Assembly (NCBI RefSeq): GCF_006345805.1
Contig: NC_043001.1
Coordinates: 99,138,001-99,202,000 of the forward strand
Source: Octopus sinensis
Lineage: Eukaryota
Reading direction: 5' to 3'
DNA length: 64,000 nt
Shown: piece by piece, positions 50,801 to 61,899 of the stretch
How positions within the stretch are numbered: the stretch's first letter is position 1
Layout: each line of letters opens with the position of its first letter
Program-made: the position numbers and the translations under genes
The notes under the pieces: model-generated
What the model saw: the letters and a program-made list of their open reading frames with translations, nothing else
Told to the model about the DNA's origin: nothing
Databases searched by the model: none

Positions 50801-51121
50801 AATTTTATCATCTTTTTGGGGGCACAAAAGGAATAAGAGTGCTCCAACTTGTTGATTGTCAAATTTATTAAATTATATGTCAGTATTAAGTTCACATAAA
50901 AGATATTTATTATATAATGTTATGTTTGTTGTGAAGAAGAATATTCTGTTTTCGTGACTAGTTACCAATTGTTATTGGAGAAGTGATATTGTAAGTGAAG
51001 TTGTGTTGTAAGTAGCAGAGAAAAAAGTTGTTTTTATTTTTTGAAGTGTCTAATCTTACTTAATGAAGTTATTTCTGTAATTCTTTTGCCTCTTGTTGAA
51101 CTTACTATTATGGCAGTGAAA

Positions 51122-51155
<34 letters not shown>

Positions 51156-52139
51156 AAGGAAGGGAGAATCTATGTAACTCAAGGGAGAGAAGCACTTTTT
51201 CTTTTCTAGTTTTCCTCTTGGTGGAAGGAAAAAGAGAAGAGCATCCATGTTTTATCATAAGATCCTTTATTATTACCAGAATATCAAGATGGTGAGCTGG
51301 CAGAAACGTTAGCATGCCAGGCAAAATGCTTAGCAGTATTTTGTCTGCCGTTACGTTCTGAGTTCAAATTCCGCCAACGTCAATTTTGCCTTTCATCCTT
51401 TCAGGGTCGATAAACTAAGTACCAGTTATGCACTGGGGTCGATGCAATCAACTATCCCCTTCTCCCAAATTTCAGGCATTGTGCCTATAGTTGAAAGGAT
51501 TGAAAGGATTATTACCAGAATATCTCTGTATGCTCACCATGGATTTTTTCTAATAATTGAAGTATTTGGGTGGGGAATTTTGTGTGTATGTGTGTGTGTG
51601 TTGCACACGTGAATGCACATGTGTGTATGTGAGCATGCACTTGCAAACACATTCCAAAAAACAAAAAAACATATTTCAAGGTGTCATGAAGTGGAATCAA
51701 ACTTGGGAGCACATGGATGCAAAGCAATTTTCTTTGACCTCATGGTTACACCTGTGTCCTCACTAACAAATTTTGTACCAATATACCAATATAAGAAATC
51801 AATATTTATGGCATTGATCAAAAGATGTTGCTTTAGTTCTCACCAGAGAATTACTTATTTGTTTCTTTCTATTTATACCCTGACTATCTAATATCCACTT
51901 TTATATTCAATAGATCAAAAAATATTCATTGAACACTTTCTGAGTTGTACTTGCTTGGCAAGTGACTTAATTAGAAATCATCAGTGTTGATTTTTTTTAT
52001 TATGTCTGTTTCTTCAGTCCTGTTTTAGTTATGTAGGACAGGACTTTTGAGGCAGTGTTTTGCAGTAGCATGTCCTTCTTTAAGGATACCAATCCTTTTA
52101 ATCACCTTTTACAACAAGGAGCCTATTCTGAAAATCAAA

Positions 52140-52299
52140 TAACCAGTATACATATGTGCAGGGCCAGATAACCAGGATACACATATGCAGAGCCATATAA
52201 TCAGAACACATATATCCAGGGCCAGATAACCAGGATACATTGTGTAGTGCCTAATAACCAGGATACATATGTGCAGGACCAGATACATATGTGCAGGAC
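52140..52299. repeat. ~29-bp minisatellite interrupted by the Tc1 element (resumes 53577-53610)
   Basis: Unit ACCAGGATACATATGTGCAGGGCCAGATA. Confidence 0.75.
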
Positions 52300-53576
52300 C
52301 AGGGTTTGGACAAAATAATGGAAACACCTAGCATCATAGCAACATAATTTTGAAATTTCTATAAAACTATCAAAAGCTTGTTTATTTTTATGTTTTTGAT
52401 TTATTATTAGTGTTGCTTAATATGTTTTGCTAAAATTGCTGGTTCTATTCAAATGTCATCAGAAAAAGGTAATTAAAATTCATTAAAATGACAGATCTAT
52501 CAGACTTTCAAAGAGGTCAAAATGTTGGTGCTTGTATGGCAAGCACTAGTGTAATGAAACCAGCTGAAATGTTTGGTGTAACAAGAAGTACTTTCTCAAA
52601 AGTAATGATAGCCTTTGAGAAAGAAGGAAAAACCTCCTCGTTAAAACAAAACTCCAGAAGAAAACCCAAACTTTCAGATAGGGACTGTCAGACTCTTATG
52701 TGAATTGTCAGAAAGGTTCACAAAAGTACAGTTCCCAAAATTACTGCAGATCTTAATGACCACCTCGAGAACCCAGTTTCCACAAAAACTATTTGCCAGG
52801 AGCTGCACAAAGCCAGATTTCACAGGAGGGCTGCAATCAGAAAACCACTACTTTCAAAACAAACGTTGCAAAGCATTTAGAGTGGAGTAAAAACCTACAG
52901 AATTGGTCTCTAGAGCAGTGGAAGAATGTTATTTTCTCAGACGAGTAATCCTTTACCTTATTCTGATCACCAGCCGAGTATATGTGTGGAGACAGCTAAA
53001 AGAAGCATTTGACCCAGACTGCCTTCTTCCAACTGTTAAATATGGAGGAGGATCTGTGATGATAAGAGGCGGAGGGCTATATCTTGGAAATTCACCATCT
53101 TAATGGTTTTCCATCATGGCAGAATTAATAGTCAAGACTATTTAAGCATTTTATCTGATCAAGTTCATCCTATGGTTGCGGAACTGTTTCCGGGAGGAAA
53201 TGCAATATTTCAGGATAATAATGCACCAATTCACACAACTAAAGTTGTTACTGAATGGCACAAAGAACATTCTAGTGAGTTGAACATCCTATCTGGTCAC
53301 AACAGTCCCCAGATCTCTCAATATTATTGAAAATTTATGGTGCATTTTAGAAAAACAAGTATGGAGCCGATATCCTCCACCATCATCACTACAGAACTGG
53401 AAACTGTTTTAGCTGAAGAATGGACAAAAATTTCTTTGGAAACATTTCAAACTTTGTATGAGTCCATACCTTGTAGAATTCAAGTTGTAATTACGGCCAA
53501 AAGTAGTCCTACTCAATATTAACATTTTTTTTTGTTTGAAATTTTAAGGTGTTTCCATTATTTTGTCTAACCCCTG
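52300..53576 (+). mobile_element. Full-length but inactivated Tc1-like (DD34E-type) transposon
   Basis: ~30-bp TIRs (CAGGG...GACAAAATAATGGAAACACCT); transposase pieces MTDLSDFQRGQ..., VIFSDE*, TVKYGGGSVM, FQDNNAPIH, SPDLNIIENLW; stops and frameshifts. Confidence 0.92.
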
Positions 53577-55240
53577 TATGTAAAGGGCCTGATAACCAGG
53601 ATACATATTGTAGAACCTATAAGGGATGAGTTTAACCATTACATTGATCCAACAGCTGCAGAGCCAAGAAGGGACCCTTTACTATCTTTTGGGTTCCTCT
53701 CTTAACATAAAACCTCACTGCCTCTTAGAATTTTGAGAAATTACCCTGCCTCCAACTCCTAGGCCCAGAAGTAGCCTTGTTACATTGCTAAGTTTCCTTT
53801 AGAGAATCTGCAATCATGGGTTGAAACTGAAACAATTACATTATGGTAGAGACATAGCAAACACTCAGAACACACATATGCTGTTATAATCAATTTACTT
53901 TATATGTTCATTGTGTTATGCATACTTTGAACAATTCTAGTGTAAATAAGAGTTTCTTAAGTTAGAACACAGCCTCAGATTTGTAGAAATGGGCTGCAGT
54001 TGAATGAACTGATCCTAGTATTACTGGTATTTATTTGAGTCAATGAGAGAGCACTTATGCAGTCATTTAATCTGCAAAATATAGCAACTAAAGTCCTTCA
54101 AATGACCCCCTATAGTCTTAAAAATGGAAGGCTACATTTCAACAGTGTAGTTCTAGACATACAGAAAGATTGAATGGTTGCAATTGGGATATCTGTAACC
54201 ACAGGTTTGTTTCTCTTTTATCCTTTATCTTTTACTTGTTCCAGTGATTAGACAGTGGCCATGCTGGGGCTCTGCCTTGAAGAACTTTTAGTCAAATGAA
54301 TTGACCCAAGTACTTATATTGTTTTAAAGCCTGTTACTTATTCTATGTCTCTTTTGCCAAACCACTTATTCACAGGGATGTAAACACTTCAACACTGGTT
54401 GTCAAGCAGTGGTGGGAGAAACACACACATGTGCTTCTTTCAGTTTCCATCTTCCAAATCCATTCACAAGGCTTTGATCAGCCTGAGACTATAGTAGAAG
54501 ACACTTGCCCAAAGTGTCACGCAGTAGAACTGAACCCAGAACCTTGTGGTTGAGAAGTAAGCTTCTTACCACACAGCCATGCCTGTGCTTGTTTGCCTAA
54601 TTCCTGACATCAACAACAAAACACCAACAACTGGCTCTTTTAGCATCAACTCTGAAGAAATGAATGACTCACTCTGTCCCCAACAGTACTTGAAGTAACA
54701 GTGCAAAGTGATGTAACTAAATGCTGTCAGGTTCTTAACCCTCTTTTGCTACCAACCTGTCTGAAACAGCCTCTGATTATTTTACAATACTTATTATCAA
54801 TTCAAACCTTCATTTATAAGTTGATGTAAGCATCTTTTATTAAGTTATGTTACAACCAACAACTACAACTATAGCTGTTACTTGCGAGTTGGACATGAGT
54901 GTGGTTTGAGAGCATGTACTATGCTTTTGCTAATTGTGATAGGTGCCCTTGTAGCATAGATATCCATTCAGCTTTCCCAACCTTAACCCAGCAGAACATT
55001 AAGGATGTGACAGCTAGAGGGAGAGAGAGGGCTGCACCAGCATTAGGCTGGTACTTATTTTCAGTCCAGTAGCCTGAAGCAACAAAGACAATGCCTTTGT
55101 ACTTTTAGTTGAGTGCCTTTGAGTTGGAGCTGGATAATTGATTTTTTACTAATATTAATTTGGAGAGACCTGTTACTTGTCAGTTTGTGTGCCATCCACT
55201 CACCTTGATTATGCTTATAATGAAGTAATTTCTTCCTTAG

Positions 55241-55459
55241 CTCTTTAGTGTTTAAACCAGCTATATCCAGCCCGAATATTCTACTCATTTTCTGCTCAAA
55301 CTGGCCAGAACCAGTATCTCGCACCTACCCTGCAATGTAATTCTAAAAATAGACAATTACATCTTTCAAATTTTTAAGCTACAAGATAATACCAGATTAA
55401 TTTTTTAAATGTAAACGATTAAGGATTACTTATGACATATTAATTTGAATGCTAAAGGG
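55241..55459. mobile_element. piggyBac-type MITE, family 2, with a TTAG duplication
   Basis: TTAG|CTCTTTAGTG ... AATGCTAAAGGG|TTAG. Confidence 0.7.
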
Positions 55460-56254
55460 TTAGATGAATAACATACACTTCCACATCTGAAAGGCACTAA
55501 ACTAATGGCACAAAATGCTCAAAAGGTATCTGTGATGAAGATGAAAACAACAGCAATGGTGACAACAACAACAATTGGGACGGCTGCAGTAGTAATGACA
55601 ACAATGATGATGATGGTGGCAGCAGCAGTAATGATGATAATGATAACAATGATGATGAGGAGGAGGAGAAGGCTGAAGACATTTAATCCCATTCTTTATT
55701 ATTTCTGCATTTCCACACTTTAACTAACTTAGACACAAGACCATAATATTTTAAGGAAGGACACAAATGATTAAATGGGATGCCTAATACTTGACATTGA
55801 GGCAACAAGGAAGAACTAGATAAAATGTAAATTGTCTCTTTCAATACTTCACTGGTACATCTTTTTTTTTTTTTTTTTTGCTTTAAAGACTTCACCCAAA
55901 GAGGGAAGAAAACACATACACACACACATTTTCTGCAGAGGCTTTGAGACAAGTGGGAGCAAAGGAAAAAGAAATCATGATCATGGATTGACCTTTAATA
56001 GGAGAACCGATCCTTAATTCATACAACAGTGCACTCTTCTGTTAAAGATACCCAAGTGCCAGTTGGTGATATTAAACCAGGCAGTGAGTTCTTAGGTCTT
56101 GTGGAAGAGGTAGACCCAAGAAAAGATAGGACAAAGTATTGAAGGCAGATCTCAAAACACTAAACCTTATGAAGGAGGTGACAGAGGACGGAGATATGTG
56201 GCACACTATTGTACTCAAGAAGACTACTACAACAGAACTGAAATCCTGAAACCA

Positions 56255-56490
56255 AAGTGCCACGTAAAAGTATTGGTACTGGTGTGACTTAGAAATTCAC
56301 TAGTGATGGTGCCACATAAAAAGCACCCAGTACACTCTGTGGAGTGGTTGGTGTTTGGAAGGGTTTCCAGCTGTAGAAACTAAGCCGATGCAGACTATGG
56401 AACCTGGTGTGGCCCCTGGCCTTACCAGTTCCTGTCAAGCTATCCAACCCCTGCCAGCATGGAAATGAATGTTAAATGATGATGATGGTG
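56255..56490 (+). mobile_element. RTE 3' UTR/tail
   Basis: GGTGCCACATAAAAAGCACC...CCAGCATGGAAATGAATGTTAAATGATGATGATG. Confidence 0.8.
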
Positions 56491-57833
56491 AAGATGAATG
56501 TAAAAAATAAAATGTAATTGTAACTAAATATCAAATGGCATTTTGTGAAACACTTTAACAATGACATTAATTAATCAATAATTAAGGAGAAATTTTAAAG
56601 AAAAAAAACATCATATTCTTCATATGCTGGGAAGCTGGAAATAAAAAGGTGAATAACATTTTGTACAAATAAAAGAAAGACCTAATGCTAACAGGATGTA
56701 TATATTTCTGAATGCACCTCATTGATGAGAATACAACAGTCCTTAATGTTGTAAACAAACTACTTAAACTGCTCTACTTTCAAGAGGAAAATAAGAAATG
56801 TAGAACAAAAGGAAAAATTAATTTTTATACTTAAGTAGGTGGTAATGGTAGAGTTGAGGTTGAAGGTAGTGTTGGTATCTGTGATGGTGTTGGTAGTAGT
56901 GTTGTTGTTAGTTGTGGTGGTGGTGGTTGTAGTAGTAGTAGTAGTAGTAAGAATTGATAATGGTTTTGAAATGTTTGGGAAGTGAAAGAGATGGTGCTAG
57001 AAGTTGCCATAGTATTTGAGTTTTGCATATCTGTGGTGGTGGTGATGGTGGCGTTAGGAATAGGTTTGGGGCAGTAAAGTCAATAATAATGTTGTTATTG
57101 ATGGTGACAATGTTAATCATGGTAGTCTGTGACAGAAAGAAAGGGAATAACAATACATGCTCTGATGATGATGGTGGTGATTAACAATGGTGGTAATAGT
57201 GTTTCTTGGTGAAGTTAATTATGTTGGTGCTCTGTGAGGCTAATTATATTGGCTGATGATCTTAACAGTTCTCCTGTGTCAGGAGTAGATTGAGAATGGG
57301 TGCCTGTCATCTGGAGTGTTGTCAAACACTAACAGTCTCCCATCAGCAATTGCCTTTTTCTAGTGGAGTTCATTCTGCAAGCATTGAAGTTAAATCACTG
57401 GTTTGAAAATAACTTTCTCACTTCCTCCATAACAAGTCTCCAAGGCTTTCAAAAAATATAGAATTAAATTCTGAGCTCTGACCTTCCCTCTTTGACCTAG
57501 CTAGACAGTTCTCTACCAAGTGACTATGGTACACTTGGTCATTGCATTACAAGGATTGTCAGCCAGTTCTCTATATAACACAAACACATCTAAGAAGTAC
57601 AAACTAGATTTTCTGATCTTATGGTGTTTCTTTTCACATTATTTTAAAATAAAAAAGTGTAAGGTGAAGGTAGTGAGAGAAGTATTGTCCTCTGGTAAAT
57701 TTGAAAAAAATTGCTAAAGATAAATAATTAGAAGTTTGATTTGAAATTATGAAGTTTTGGGTTCAGTTCCACTGCAAGGCACCTCGGAGTAATATATATA
57801 TATAGGGAGAGTTTACGAAAAAAACAAAAGACG

Positions 57834-57960
57834 AAGACAGGTGGTGTACAAAACAAACAGATGTATTAGTATAATGCTCCCAGCCTACGCTCTTCTACAG
57901 AAAGGGACACAGAAAAAACAAGGAGAGAAAAAAAATGTGTGTAGTGGCTAACAATCTATC
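57834..57960 (-). mobile_element. Family B element, internally deleted through the hammerhead-like motif
   Basis: Minus strand CTTT CTGTAGA A GAGC GTAG GCT (57882-57904), then a deletion; 3' end abuts (TA)n. Confidence 0.7.
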
Positions 57961-58017
57961 ACGGTATTTCTATCGTCTTCTAAATGTTTTATGTTCTTGT
58001 CCCAGTTTGTATTTTTC

Positions 58018-58058
<41 letters not shown>

Positions 58059-59055
58059 TGGCTGTGTGGTAAGTAGCTTGCTTACCAACCACATGGTCCC
58101 GGGTTCAGTCCCACTGCGTGGCACCTTGGGCAAGTGTCTTCTACTATAGCCTTTGAGTGTTTGCATGTAGTTGTTTGAAACGTTTGTGTTTGTCACTGTC
58201 GTATATGTTTGTGTGTGTATGTGCGTGTGTGAGGAAAGATAGATAGAGCACGAAGTTCTTTTGAAGTTTGCGCTCCGTTTGTGTATGTGTGTGCATGCTT
58301 TAGGTGTACGTAGGTATGTGTTTTTGTGTGTGTGTCACTGAAGCCATACATATATACATACATAACCTCTCTCTCTTCTTTTCTCTCTCAGTCACTCACT
58401 ACAAAAAGTGAATAAAATAAGTCCAGTTATCTCTGTCTTTCACACATACACACACAGCACAACATTACTCTCTCTGTCTCTTTACACACACTAACAAAAG
58501 CACTTCACTTACACACCACACTTTCTGTGTCGCACACCCCATCAAACACACACACACACACACTCACGCATGCACACATGTACATCAATGCTTCCAATGC
58601 ACCCCAACTTCAAAAGAACTTCCCCCCCAAAAAAATGCACGTGTATCTGTTTCCCTGCTTGCAAAGAGAAAGTAAGAGAAAGTGTGGTAATAGACAGAGG
58701 AAAGCATTTGAAATGAGAAAGGCAATCGTATATGTATATGTTTGCGTGTCTATGCGTGTGTACACTTGCAAAGAGAAAGTAGCAGAAAGTGTGGTAATAG
58801 AAAGAGTGAAGCATTTGAAATGAGAGAGGCAAATCGTAAAATATTAAGTTTGATCTAATTTTTGCTTAATTGGGGGTCAAATTGAACAAAATTTATATGC
58901 CATGACCCAGTCGAATCTACTTCGAAAATTCGAAAATCATAGGTAAATTCCAATTGAAGAAATTGTATATTGTACAATTGTATCAAAAACGAACATGGTA
59001 ACAGGCAGAGAAAATCTGCCTTTTATCATAAGATATATATATAGGTATATATTTG

Positions 59056-59104
<49 letters not shown>

Positions 59105-59226
59105 GGTATATATTTGTATATATATATATGGCAAGAAGAAAATGGAGGGAATCCAGAGGTAGTATTCACCAGCTGTTAGACATTATATTATGTCCTATTT
59201 ATTTAATTATTTAAAACAGTTCTGAT

Positions 59227-59700
59227 TCCGTTCATGGCCGTTTGCCAGCTCTGTCTGGCCCCGTGCCGGTGACACGTAAAAGCACCATCCGCTCATGTTC
59301 GTTGCCAGCCTCGGCTGGCCCCCGTGCCAGTGACACGTAAAAGCACCATCCGTTCGTGGCCGTTTGCCAGCTCTGTCTGGCCCCGTGTCAGTGGCACATA
59401 AAAGCACCATCCGTTCATGTTCGTTGCCAGCCTCGGCTGGCCCCCATGCCGGTGACACGTAAAAGCACCGTCCGTTCGTGGCCGTTGTGCCAGCTCTGTC
59501 TGGCACCTGCACAGGTGGCACGTAAAAAACACCCACTACACTCACGGAGTGGTTGGCGTTAGGAAGGGCATCCAGCCGTAGAAACACTGCCAAATCTGAC
59601 TGGGCCTGATGAAGCCTTCCGGCTTCACAGGCCCCAGTTAAACCGTCCAACCCATGCTAGCATGGAAAACGGACGCTAAATGATGATGATGATGATGATG
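59227..59700 (+). mobile_element. RTE 3' UTR with a five-unit ~61-bp A/B alternating array, terminal hairpin and (GAT)n tail
   Basis: Units begin TCCG at about 59227, 59288, 59349, 59410, 59471. Confidence 0.88.
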
Positions 59701-59764
59701 ATATATATATATATATATACAAATGTAAAGTACTAGTAATTTCTAGAATAGAGAAAGAAGAGCA

Positions 59765-60140
59765 GTTTCTATTTTCTCTGCCTGTTTATTTCTGTGTTCC
59801 TTTCTGTGGAAGGGTGAAGGGCATAGGCTCGAAACATAAAAGACTTTCTCACTTCCCAAGCATAAACCTAATACATGTTTGTTGTTTACACACCCATCTT
59901 TGTCTTTGGTTTTTTTGTAAGATCGCTAACCCCTACACATTCTTTATTTTCTCTCTCTTTATTTTTTCTCCCTCTTTATTTTTATTTTCTCTCCCTGTTT
60001 CTTTCTGTGTTCTTTTCTATGGAAGAGCATAGGCTCCAAATGTTAAAGACTTTTTCACTTCCGGAGCATTAAAATAATACATCTGTTTGTTGTCTACACC
60101 ACCAGTCTTCGTCTTTTGTTTTTTGGTGAATTCTCCCCCA
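59765..60140 (+). mobile_element. Two head-to-tail family B elements, each with a hammerhead-like motif (59800-59842, 60013-60048)
   Basis: CTTT CTGTGGA A[GGGTGAA]GGGC ATAG GCTC GAAA CA TA AAAG and TTTT CTATGGA A GAGC ATAG GCTC CAAA TG TT AAAG. Confidence 0.72.
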
Positions 60141-60855
60141 TATGTATATATATACGTCTGTGTGTGTGTATATATATATGTCTATACATATGTATGTATA
60201 TGAATGTATATATAGATATATATATATATATGTATTGAGAAAAAAATCGTCAGAATTTTGGAATAAAAATCTTTTTATTTCTTCATTATTATTAGTGCTT
60301 TCATTCCTTTCTAGAACTTGTCAAATACAATTTTGTGAATGTACAAACAGCTTGTTCATTTATATAAAACAGATGTTTTTGGGGGGTTTTGCTTAGAAGA
60401 GAACATTGTTTTTGTTTTTTGGGGGTGAGGTTCCAAGACAGTAGAGATGGATATAGATAGGTAGGTAGGTAGAGGGAAAGAGAGAGAGAAAGGGTATCCA
60501 CCTTCCTATTCACCATTCATTCATTTATTTAATTATTTTTTCCTTTACCATTGTATTGGAATGGGTTTAGGGATGGTGACCTTTAAAAAAAACTGGTGTA
60601 GTTTGATCATCACTGAAATCCTTTTTACTTTCTTTTGGTCTCTCTTTTTTGTTTTGTGTTTCCTCCTTTTTCCCTTTCTTATTTTCTTCTTCCTTCCTTT
60701 TTCCTCCTTTCTTTCTTTTTCTCCTCTTTGAGGTATATTTAGAATATACCCCTTCCAAAGATTCATTTTTTGATAAAGTGTAGTTCTGCATGAAAATACA
60801 TTGGTATAATATTTGCAAATTAACAATTTGAAAAATCAATCAGTAAATAAAATAA

Positions 60856-60884
<29 letters not shown>

Positions 60885-60892
<8 letters not shown>

Positions 60893-61140
60893 AAATCCAT
60901 TCTATCTGTCTGTGTTTGTGTCTTCTAGGATCTCGGGCATCCTCCATCCGATTGTGCTCAAATTTGATATGTAGATACCAACGGTATCAGGGCGTGTATA
61001 AGTCTTCAAAAAATTACAAAAATCGATTTCAGGTGAGAATGCGATTGATAAAGCCGTGGGAACGTGCATTTGTAAAATCATTTTTCTTGGAATAGAAAAA
61101 AAGTCTATCTTTATTTCTTCTTTTGCTGGTGTCTCAAATT
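60885..61140 (+). mobile_element. Possible Helitron/Helentron-like non-autonomous element 5' part
   Basis: TATAAAATCCATTCTATCTGTCTGTGTTTGTG...CCGATTGTGCTCAAATTTG layout after (TA)n; resemblance only. Confidence 0.35.
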
Positions 61141-61262
61141 TAGGTTAAATCAGTGTTTCTCAAAGGTGAGGCTATGGGCCGGTTGGCCAAGTTGTTTTGA
61201 GAAAATTTGGTTTAAATGTTTGATAACTCAGCACCGTCCATTGGACAGGGGCCGTTTTGCTC

Positions 61263-61334
<72 letters not shown>

Positions 61335-61339
61335 AACTT

Positions 61340-61880
61340 ACTTGGAAAAGGATGCGTGATAATCGATCATATAATAATATAAATAATATATATATATATA
61401 TGCATATATACATACGTATATGTACATACCTACATATATATGTATATATACATGCATATATGGGTACAGGACATCAAAAAAATGTTGAACACAATGAGAA
61501 ACGAAAACATAGAAACAAAAACATAGAAACAAAAGTTTTTTTCAAACAATGGAAAAAAACAGAGAAATAAGACAACAACACAAGAAATATTCCCCTTCTT
61601 CCGTTGTCTCTGTTTCATCTACTTCGCGTTTCGAAGGTAAGAACAAGACGTGACTTCGTTGAAACAGTCCTTCCTGCAAAGCAAATTAAATAAAATTTGG
61701 GATTTTTTGCGGAGGGTGAAAGTGGTAACAAGAACAGGACAGTAGGAACAAAACAGTAAAACCAATAAAAAAGTAAAAACAGTAAAAGACAGAACAACGA
61801 GAACAAAACAGTAAAAACAAACGATGAGGGCTGTTAAGCCAAGACAATGGAACAATTATTCTGAACGTTTAAAGAGACAG
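61340..61880 (-). mobile_element. Non-coding interspersed element ending in a compound TA-rich tail
   Basis: Homologous to 200-475 over body and tail. Confidence 0.7.
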
Positions 61881-61899
61881 CTTATGAAGAGACAGGATA

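Noticed and set aside
59606-59630. CTGATGA followed by a hairpin
   Set aside because: No GAAA after the stem; it is part of the RTE terminal stem-loop
61620-61675. Minus-strand TCAACGAAG...CTTCGAAACGCG as a hammerhead
   Set aside because: Core has several substitutions and no helix I can be formed; at most a remnant
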